In this document: piece by piece, positions 18,999 through 26,331 of the stretch | How the letters are laid out: each line of letters opens with the position of its first letter | How positions within the stretch are numbered: the first letter of the stretch is position 1 | Virus record (IMG/VR): IMGVR_UViG_3300037262_000027 | Coordinates: 1 to 56,732 of that record | Reading direction: 5' to 3' (one strand) | Length of the DNA: 56,732 nt | From: a virus | Taxonomy: Duplodnaviria > Caudoviricetes | Translations under genes and position numbers: made by a program | The notes under the pieces: model-generated | What the model was told of the DNA's origin: nothing | The model's database searches: none | Seen by the model: only the letters and a program-made list of their open reading frames with translations

Positions 18999-19735
18999 CC
19001 GCGCAGCTTTCAGCCCCGGCGATCGGCTACCGGGCCTTCAAGTGGGACGGGAGCGGGCCACTGAAATCCGTCGGGGTCAGCTCCGAGTGGCCAATCTCGC
19101 GCGAGCCGCAGCAGGCGATCTGTAACAACGGTCGCGCCCACGCCGCACCGCAGGAGAGTTGCTCCTGCGGCTTCTATGCCCACTCGCGTTCAGCCGACGT
19201 GCCGAAGCTGCCTCCCGGTGTCGGGGCCGTGATCTTGGGCTACGGCAATCTCATCATCCACCCGGACGGGTGGCGCGCGCAGTTCGCGGAGCTTGTCGCG
19301 CTCGTCCCATACGCGCGCACCGTTGGCCTCAGCGACCCGAGCGCCGCCGCGATCGAGATGTGCGCCGAGCAGTATGGCGTGCGCGTGTTGAGCTGGGAGG
19401 ACGCGGCGTCGGTCGCCCGCGAGCTTGGAGCCGAGCCCGTTCCGGAAATCCTGCACGCCGAAGCCGAGGGCTGGCAGCTCGGCCCCGAGAAACGCGAACC
19501 GCTGTTCCCGGACGGAATGGCCGCAAGCTACGGCGACGCTGAACAGCGCGTGCGAGAAGCGCTCCCCTGGCTGGAGCGCCACATGATCGGCCGCATGGAC
19601 ATACAGATGGTGTCGGCCCCGATGGCCTACTACGTGGCCGCGGCGCCGATGACGTTCTCGGTCGGCTACGAGCTGCGGCTCAGCATCGTGCACCCCGAAC
19701 TCCGCGCCGAGGTCGAGATCACGCTGCGCATCTGA
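18995..19735 (+). CDS. Hypothetical enzyme-like protein, HxAP-x3-CxCG family, copy 2
   Basis: Near-identical N-terminus to copy 1; HAAPQESCSCGFYA; different C-terminus. Confidence 0.75.
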   Translation: MTAQLSAPAIGYRAFKWDGSGPLKSVGVSSEWPISREPQQAICNNGRAHAAPQESCSCGFYAHSRSADVPKLPPGVGAVILGYGNLIIHPDGWRAQFAELVALVPYARTVGLSDPSAAAIEMCAEQYGVRVLSWEDAASVARELGAEPVPEILHAEAEGWQLGPEKREPLFPDGMAASYGDAEQRVREALPWLERHMIGRMDIQMVSAPMAYYVAAAPMTFSVGYELRLSIVHPELRAEVEITLRI

Positions 19736-19750
19736 TGCGGAGGTCCCTCC

Positions 19751-20416
19751 ATGCTCGACGTGCCGGTGTTCATCACCTGCCGCGACCGCCTGAAAGACCT
19801 CCGCCGCCTAGTCGAGTGGCTTGAGCTAGCCGGGCACCGCCGCATCACCTTCCTCGACAACGCCTCCTCCTACACGCCCCTCTTGCGCTACATGGCGGCG
19901 AGCAAGCACGAGGTCCGCTGGCTCGGAGGGAACCTCGGCTCCCGGGCATTGTGGGCAGCCGAGATGGTCCCCGATGAGCCGTTCGTCCTGACCGACCCGG
20001 ACATCATCCCGCTGGACTCCTGCCCGCTCGACGCCGTGGCCCACCTTCAACGCCTCCTCGACGATCATCCCGGCTACCCCAAGGCCGGGCTCGGGCTCTA
20101 CCTGGAGGACACGCCCGACTTCCCGAGCAAGGACTGGGAGCGCTCGCTTCACTCCCGAGAGATCGCGCCGGGGGCGTTCGACTCCCTCATCGACACGACC
20201 TTCGCCCTGTACCGCCCCGGCTCCGAGTTCGCCTACGAGGCCATCCGCACCGGGCAACCCTACGTTGCCCGCCATTCGAGCTGGTACGTGACCGAGCCCG
20301 ATGCTGAGGACCGGTACTACTTGGACCGGGCAGCGACCGGCGTGACGGGATCGAGCTGGAAGGAAGGGCTAGCCGAACCACGGCAGGCGGCGAAGCAGGC
20401 GGACGTACTCCACTAG
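19751..20416 (+). CDS. Glycosyltransferase family 2-like
   Basis: VPVFITCRDR, FLDNASSY, LTDPD, IDTTFALY; GGAGG RBS. Confidence 0.8.
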   Translation: MLDVPVFITCRDRLKDLRRLVEWLELAGHRRITFLDNASSYTPLLRYMAASKHEVRWLGGNLGSRALWAAEMVPDEPFVLTDPDIIPLDSCPLDAVAHLQRLLDDHPGYPKAGLGLYLEDTPDFPSKDWERSLHSREIAPGAFDSLIDTTFALYRPGSEFAYEAIRTGQPYVARHSSWYVTEPDAEDRYYLDRAATGVTGSSWKEGLAEPRQAAKQADVLH

Positions 20417-20581
20417 GAGCTGAGTCCAGACCTCGCGCATGGCGTTCGCCATCTCGGCCCACTGGCAGGCCAAGGTCTGCGGGGCATCCGCGTAGGGGTT
20501 CGGCCTCGGGCCGTAGCGCTCGCGAATCGCCTCCTCGCTCATCAGTCGCACCATCGCCGCGAGTCTACCTGGAGGTGCGTC

Positions 20582-21565
20582 ATCGCTTTCACCCGACGCA
20601 AAATCACGCACACCTTCAAGGGGCCATCAGGCGAAGCTGCCAGCGGGTCCGCAGAGTTCACGCTCAGCGAACGCATGAGCCAAGTTGGCGAAAGCATCCT
20701 TCCCGAACCCGTCACGGCCGCCTTCAACAGCGCAGGGGAAATGTCGGTCGAACTCCCCTCCAACCGGGATGCCGCGACGACGCCGGGCAACACTCAGTAC
20801 CGGCTCGACCTGCGCGTGGTGGGCCAGGACCCGCAGACCTTCTGGATCACCGTCCCCACCGGCCCCGGCACGACCGACCTCTACTCGCTGCTTCCCCTCT
20901 CAGACCCCGGCAACGCCTACACCTACGACGAGACCCCGCGCTGGTCCACCTTCGTAGATGTGGACCAGGACGTGAAGCCTTGGCTCCAGTTTGACTCGGT
21001 CACCGAATCAAGCGAAGAGCAGAAGCTCAAGATGGTCACCGACTCCGTCTGCTGGGACTTCCAGGACTACCTCGGGCGCCCGCTCGGCCCGGCCATCTTC
21101 GCCCGGCGCTTCTCGGTGTGGAGCGGCAACACCCTCATGCTCCCCTACTACCCGATCGTCGGCTCGCCGATCCGGGTGGCGGAGTTCTGGGGCGTCAACG
21201 GCGAACACCTGCTCGAAGAACAGACCCCCGAGCACCAAGGCTCGAACGAAATGTACACAGTGGACCCGCAGCGGGGCTACATCGTGCGCTCGTTCCAGGG
21301 CCTCATCCCCCGCCCCTACTTCCCCGGCCTGCGCAACATCGAGGTCGTGTGGACGGCGGGCTATGACCCGCTCCCGCCACCGATCCGAGACGCGGCGCTG
21401 AAACAGATCGCCCACGAGTGGCGCAAGGAGCAGCAGGCGTCGCGCAGCGAGGCCCCGCGACCGGCCGGCGGCGACCAGGGGGACTTCGACGGGGGCCTCT
21501 TGCCCGACCTGCTCCCCGAGGTGAAACGGAAGCTGGGGCCCTTCGTCCAAGTAGGAATCGGCTAG
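20582..21565 (+). CDS. Head-tail adaptor (gp6-like) fused to an N-terminal beta-sandwich domain; start uncertain (ATC 20582 or ATG 20675)
   Basis: VKPWLQF..YLGRP..NIEVVWTAGY.PLP..IRDAALKQIAH; position after head module. Confidence 0.7.
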   Translation: MAFTRRKITHTFKGPSGEAASGSAEFTLSERMSQVGESILPEPVTAAFNSAGEMSVELPSNRDAATTPGNTQYRLDLRVVGQDPQTFWITVPTGPGTTDLYSLLPLSDPGNAYTYDETPRWSTFVDVDQDVKPWLQFDSVTESSEEQKLKMVTDSVCWDFQDYLGRPLGPAIFARRFSVWSGNTLMLPYYPIVGSPIRVAEFWGVNGEHLLEEQTPEHQGSNEMYTVDPQRGYIVRSFQGLIPRPYFPGLRNIEVVWTAGYDPLPPPIRDAALKQIAHEWRKEQQASRSEAPRPAGGDQGDFDGGLLPDLLPEVKRKLGPFVQVGIG

Positions 21566-22185
21566 CGCTGGTGATAGTTGCCACCGACGTGCGGCTTGCC
21601 AAGGTGGGCACGTCGCGAGTTCTCGCTGTCCGTGAGCCATCGACAGTTCTCGGGCGTGTAGTCGCCGGCCGGGTCCTCGCGGTCGATGCCATAGTCGGCT
21701 CCCGGCCGTGGCCCCATGTCGGCTAGGAACGCCTCGAAGGACGCGCGCCAGCGCTCGCAGATCTTCACGCCGCGACCGCCGTAGAACGGATAGCTCGGGT
21801 TCTTCGGGTTTGTGCAGCGCTGGATGATGTTCTTCCAGATCCCGTGCTCGGCGGTCCCTGAACGGCCGTGCGTTTCGTGCCGGAAGCGCTCACGATGGAG
21901 ACAGCCGCAGGATTGCGAATGGCCCTGCGTGAGCGAATAGCCGTTCACGGTTTTTTCGGTACCGCAGTCGCAGCGGACGAGATATCGGCGCTGCCCGTGA
22001 CGGTTGGAGCCAGCGGTGTCGATGACGACAAGCCGCCCGTAGCGCTCGCCGACCGAAACGACGGGGGGCGCTGCCACGCCCACGGCAAGGGGGTCGCCAT
22101 GCTTTCTCCAGCGCTGGTAGTGCTTGCCGCAGAGCCCTCGGGAGCGAACCTCAGATTCACATCCGGAGATGGAGCAGGCATCCAT
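21562..22185 (-). CDS. HNH homing-type endonuclease
   Basis: C-x4-C..RGLC.KHY zinc module, CDCG..SCGC, W..IIQRC, YGGRG.KIC.RW, IDR.D..GDY.PENCRW. Confidence 0.9.
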   Translation of the reverse strand: MDACSISGCESEVRSRGLCGKHYQRWRKHGDPLAVGVAAPPVVSVGERYGRLVVIDTAGSNRHGQRRYLVRCDCGTEKTVNGYSLTQGHSQSCGCLHRERFRHETHGRSGTAEHGIWKNIIQRCTNPKNPSYPFYGGRGVKICERWRASFEAFLADMGPRPGADYGIDREDPAGDYTPENCRWLTDSENSRRAHLGKPHVGGNYHQR

Positions 22186-22214
22186 GCTGAGAGCCTATCA
22201 CTAGGCGAGGATAA

Positions 22215-22730
22215 ATGACCGAACAGGGCTTCACCTCCTCGGTGCCCGGCATCTATGAAGGGCTGCTCGCGCTGGTGCGCGAAGCCGCCGAGGAACAGCC
22301 CAAGCCCGTGAGCGTGCTCCCGTTCGAGCTCGCGCAGTATGAGCCGAGCCGCTACGTCATCGTCGGCCCGATCAAGGGCCCGCACTATGAGTGGGAGTCG
22401 ATCCCGATGCAGATGCGCGAGGTCTACGACATCTGCGGCAAGGCGACGGTGTTCACGGGCAGCGGCGGGACGACCGAGACGACCGCGACGAAAGTCCTGA
22501 GCGAAACCTTCGCCCTGCTGCTCAACTGCGTGTGGACCCCGGCGCTCGCCAACCGCGACTACCCGACGTTCGGTCTGAAAGAAACCACCGTCCAGATCAT
22601 GCTGCCGCTGGAGGCGAAATACGACGCCGGCCTGGACGTGATCGCGGGCCAGCCCGGAGGCTGGGGGGGTGTGATCGAGTGGGGCATCCACTTCGAGGTC
22701 GTGCTGAACCCGACGCCCGCGCTGCGCTGA
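22215..22730 (+). CDS. Tail terminator/completion protein
   Basis: 171 aa between adaptor and tail tube; alpha/beta pattern; synteny. Confidence 0.5.
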   Translation: MTEQGFTSSVPGIYEGLLALVREAAEEQPKPVSVLPFELAQYEPSRYVIVGPIKGPHYEWESIPMQMREVYDICGKATVFTGSGGTTETTATKVLSETFALLLNCVWTPALANRDYPTFGLKETTVQIMLPLEAKYDAGLDVIAGQPGGWGGVIEWGIHFEVVLNPTPALR

Positions 22731-22731
22731 C

Positions 22732-23241
22732 GTGCACATAGTCCTCGCCTCGCACCTTGAGGGCGAGGGGCACTTCCGCTCAGCGAGGCACGCTGTCAAG
22801 CCCGCGCTCTGCCGCGGCGACGCCGACTACTACTACGCGCTCGCCGCCGTGTGGGAGTCGGACCTCACGATCGTCAACGTCGAGCACGACATCGAGGTCT
22901 CAGATCGGCACTTGGACGAGCTGCTGGCCTGCCCGCACCCGCTCTGCAGCTTCGCCTATCAGTGTCACTTCGCCTCAACCGGCCAAGCCGAGAGCATCAT
23001 CGCCGCAGGCACCGGGGACTGGGCACACCACCTGCAGGGCGGCGAGGAGTGGGCCGACTGGTCGGCCATCGGGCTGGTGAAGATCACCCCCGAGGCCCGA
23101 ACCGGCCCGCTCGCCTATCGCTCATGGCAGGACCTCGAGCGCTCGGTCCACAACGCCGTGACGCGCCCGTGGCACATGCATGGAAACGGGAGCCACCCCG
23201 GCGATAAGAGCGGCCACGTCGCTCATCACCACTGGGCCTGA
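22732..23241 (+). CDS. Minimal GT-A glycosyltransferase-like protein (paralogue of 13024)
   Basis: LASHL.G.GHF, IVNVEHD, LL.CP.PLC..AY, EWAD...IG..KI.PE shared with 13024..13506. Confidence 0.65.
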   Translation: MHIVLASHLEGEGHFRSARHAVKPALCRGDADYYYALAAVWESDLTIVNVEHDIEVSDRHLDELLACPHPLCSFAYQCHFASTGQAESIIAAGTGDWAHHLQGGEEWADWSAIGLVKITPEARTGPLAYRSWQDLERSVHNAVTRPWHMHGNGSHPGDKSGHVAHHHWA

Positions 23242-23255
23242 CAAGGAGGACCTAC

Positions 23256-23489
23256 ATGCTGCTTTTCAACATCAGCCCCTCACCGGAGATCGTCGGCGGC
23301 GCGCACAACCCCGCCATCTCCCCGGGCGACGGCTACGACTTCGATGAGGAGACGGCCGAGTACCTGTTGAACACAGGGCGCTGGTCGGAGCAGGACCCGC
23401 GGGCGGGCATAGCGGCCGAGGTTCGGTTCAAGCAGGACCGTGACACACAAACCCCGGCGGTGCCGGATAACCAAGGAGCAGCAGAATGA
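23256..23489 (+). CDS. Small hypothetical protein preceding tail tube
   Basis: AAGGAGG RBS; 77 aa. Confidence 0.65.
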   Translation: MLLFNISPSPEIVGGAHNPAISPGDGYDFDEETAEYLLNTGRWSEQDPRAGIAAEVRFKQDRDTQTPAVPDNQGAAE

Positions 23490-24559
23490 CTGGACCGATC
23501 ACCGCCGGCTCGGGGCTTGGCGCATGGGCCACCGCCGCGCGGCACAAAGAATACGTCGAAGCGTTCAACACCTCCAACCCGAGGACGCTCTACTTCAAGA
23601 CGTTCAAGCCGACCTGGGACCCCCACCCGGTACAGGGTGGGCCGTATCTCGCGGGCGGACGGATTGCCGACATCGGCTCGGCGCACATCCTGATGGGCCT
23701 CGACGCGAAAGCCACGCTCACGGGCGACGTGATGACGACCGCCCAGGCGCTGCTTCTCGTGAGCGCATTCGGCTCGAACGGCACCCTCAAAGAGTCCGGG
23801 ACCGGCGCCGCCTATCAGCTGTTCACGGGAACGGGGACGAAAGGGATCAAACTCGAAGCCCCCGAGTCCCACGACTCGGCCAAAGAATCCACGTTCCTCG
23901 ACATCGAAGTCGGGCTGCCATACACGAACGCGGAAAACGTTGGCTGGCGCTACACCGCAGGCGTGGTCCAGAAGGCCGAGTTCGTCTTCGACCGCATGAA
24001 CCTGTGCTCCTACAGCTACGACATCGACTTCCGCCACGTCGCAGCCAACCTCAGCCCAACCCTCCCGACCTTCACCACGAATGGCGTGCCGTTCGCGATG
24101 AACGAAGGCAGCTCGGCGTTCAAGATCGGCACCCCCGGCGGAGCGGCGGCGCTCGCTGGAGTCCGGAAGATGACGGTCACCCTGGAGCACAAGATGGCGA
24201 CCGACCGCTGGTACCTCGGGGAAGCCGAAAAGAGCCTCCCGGTCTCGAACGGGCTGGTGGACATCGGCGTCTCCTGCGAATGCGACAACACGGAAGCCGC
24301 GAAGAACGTGCTCGAAACGTTCCTGAAAAACGAAGCCTCCGAAATCATCGCCGAAGCGACCGGAGCGAACATCGGCTCCTCGGGCAAACCGAACCTGTTC
24401 CTGTTCAAGATGCCCAACGTGTTCATCGACTCGGGCGCCGAGTTCCCGATCGACGGGCCGGACATTCTGAAAACGACGTTCGCCGCGAAAGCGACCATCA
24501 ACACGACGAACGAACCGGTCGTCTCCGCAGAACTAACCACAAGTGATACGACGTTCTGA
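23486..24559 (+). CDS. Major tail tube protein
   Basis: 357 aa beta-rich, upstream of chaperone and tape measure; GSGLGA..P.DGPDI pattern. Confidence 0.8.
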   Translation: MTGPITAGSGLGAWATAARHKEYVEAFNTSNPRTLYFKTFKPTWDPHPVQGGPYLAGGRIADIGSAHILMGLDAKATLTGDVMTTAQALLLVSAFGSNGTLKESGTGAAYQLFTGTGTKGIKLEAPESHDSAKESTFLDIEVGLPYTNAENVGWRYTAGVVQKAEFVFDRMNLCSYSYDIDFRHVAANLSPTLPTFTTNGVPFAMNEGSSAFKIGTPGGAAALAGVRKMTVTLEHKMATDRWYLGEAEKSLPVSNGLVDIGVSCECDNTEAAKNVLETFLKNEASEIIAEATGANIGSSGKPNLFLFKMPNVFIDSGAEFPIDGPDILKTTFAAKATINTTNEPVVSAELTTSDTTF

Positions 24560-24571
24560 CACTTCCTTTTG

Positions 24572-24667
24572 ATCACGCATTGCCACGCGAACATGCGCCC
24601 GGCCTGCGTGCCCTGCAATCGCCGGAAGCAGGCCATCTGGCCGTTTCCGGGCGCTGGCCTGACCTAA
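24572..24667 (+). pseudogene. C-terminal HNH endonuclease remnant
   Basis: THCHANMRPACVPCNRRK then stop; lacks N-terminal half. Confidence 0.6.
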
Positions 24668-24766
24668 GCAGACTTGGCCCCCGCGAGAGGGCCGAGCGCG
24701 GCGACAGCTATGCCCTGCCGCCGCGTCAACTGATAGCTGCCCGGCATAGGGGCGGAAGGAGCACCG

Positions 24767-25186
24767 ATGGCCCAGCAGTGGCTGTTGACCGTAGACGAGA
24801 AGAAGTACCCGTTCGACGTGACGATGCTCACGCCCGAGGTGCTGAAACACATCAAGCAGTGGTACGGGCGCGAACTCGGGCGCTACAACAACTTCATCGA
24901 GGCGTTCTTCGAGGGTGACCCCGACGCGGCCGTGTGCGCGATCTGGGTGGCCCGCCGGGCGGCTGGTGAGACCGAAGTCCCCGAACCGAAGCAGATGAGC
25001 GGGCGCTTCACGATGACCCAGTGGCTCGACGCGCCCGATGAGCCCGAGGACGAGGAGTCCGAGGACCCAAACCCTTCCGGGGCTACGTCGCCCCAGACCC
25101 CCGCATCAACAGAGACCCCGACGAACTCTGGGGAGAGCACCGATGGACCATCGCCGCAGCCTTCCGCTGGCAGCTCCGAGACATAG
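24767..25186 (+). CDS. Tail assembly chaperone (G-like)
   Basis: GAAGGAG RBS; follows tail tube; acidic tail ending near DPNPS. Confidence 0.8.
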   Translation: MAQQWLLTVDEKKYPFDVTMLTPEVLKHIKQWYGRELGRYNNFIEAFFEGDPDAAVCAIWVARRAAGETEVPEPKQMSGRFTMTQWLDAPDEPEDEESEDPNPSGATSPQTPASTETPTNSGESTDGPSPQPSAGSSET

Positions 25187-25263
25187 AGCAGCTGTGGTGG
25201 ATCGACTTCCTCGCCGCCATTGACATCGCTGAGTCGATTCTGAAGACACCGGGAGGGGCCTAG
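25066..25263 (+). other. Programmed -1 frameshift site and G-T extension
   Basis: In-frame C CCA AAC heptamer 25066-25072; -1 frame open to TAG 25263 (PFRGYV..ELWGEHRWTIAAAFRWQLRDIEQLWW..). Confidence 0.75.
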
Positions 25264-25640
25264 ATGGCGCGCGTGGTATGCATCGTGGGGCGTCCGGGCG
25301 TGGGCAAGTCGACCGTGAGGCGGATGCTCGCGGCGCAGCTCGGCTGGGATGCGCTGTCGATCGACGGCGAGAAGGCGCGCGGCGGGAGCTGGCAGACCTT
25401 GATCGCGCGTGCGGCGGGGCTGACGGAGCCGACTCTCATCGAGTCGGTGCTGCTGCCGGCGGCGTATCGCCAAGGTGCTCGCGGCCCACGACGCCGGCCT
25501 GCTGGTGGTCGAGTGCTCGGAACGCGAGCGCAAGCGGCGGCTGTCCGGGCGCCCGCCCGAGCGGCGCGGGTGGTACCGGGACCGCTACTGGCTACCGGAT
25601 CGGCGGGTGCTTCAGATCGCCGCACTCACACCGCCAGCCA
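25264..25640 (+). pseudogene. P-loop nucleotide-kinase-like gene with +1 frameshift near 25470
   Basis: IVGRPGVGKST Walker A; lid-like VVECSERERKRRLSGR found only in the +1 frame. Confidence 0.55.
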
Positions 25641-25842
25641 TCGGTCATCCCATGGATGGGGCAGTCGGCTCTAGCGGTCACGACGCGGACCTGCGGGCGA
25701 CCTTCCCAGCGAACCGCGCAGCCCGTACAGCCGACGCCCTCATCGACTTCGCGCGTGGTCGCTTCAGGCCAGCGCGCAAGCCCGAGGCGGCGGCGGTTGC
25801 GCTCATATGTCTGCCGACGGTCGATGCGGAGGAGCCTAAACG

Positions 25843-26331
25843 ATGCCCGCCACGTTCACGACGGCGACAGCGCAAAGTCCGAGCAAATCCGGCGTCAGCA
25901 TCTACGCCGACACCTCGGGGCTGTCCAGGCTTGCCCGTGATCTTCGCCTCGCATCTCCCGCAGCGTGGAAGGCTCTGCGGACCTCGCTGAGGATGGCCGC
26001 CGAGCCCGTCGCCGAGGATGCGCGCTCGCGCGTGGGCTACTCCTCGCGGATCGAGTACACGATCAAGGTCCGCACGACCGCAGGCGGGAACGTGAAGATC
26101 GTCGCCGGAGGAGAAGCGGCGCCCAACGCCGCCCCGATCGAGAACGGCGGCAAAGGGTTTGTCCGCCACCCGACGTTCGGGAACAAGAGCGCCAAAGGCT
26201 GGACCTCCAAGAACAGCCACCCGGCGTTTCTCGCCCCGGCCTTCGATGCCCACAAGGAGGCCGTGATGAAGGAGATCGAGGCTGACGTGTACGCGGTCGT
26301 GGAGCGCGTGATCGCAGGGGACCGCTTCTAG
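25843..26331 (+). CDS. HK97 gp10-like neck/tail protein
   Basis: AEPVAEDARSR, IENGG, RHPTFG, PAFLAPA. Confidence 0.7.
   Translation: MPATFTTATAQSPSKSGVSIYADTSGLSRLARDLRLASPAAWKALRTSLRMAAEPVAEDARSRVGYSSRIEYTIKVRTTAGGNVKIVAGGEAAPNAAPIENGGKGFVRHPTFGNKSAKGWTSKNSHPAFLAPAFDAHKEAVMKEIEADVYAVVERVIAGDRF

Noticed and set aside
18204-19735. DGR-type pair in the tandem paralogues
   Set aside because: Differences include all bases and indels; ordinary duplication and divergence fits better
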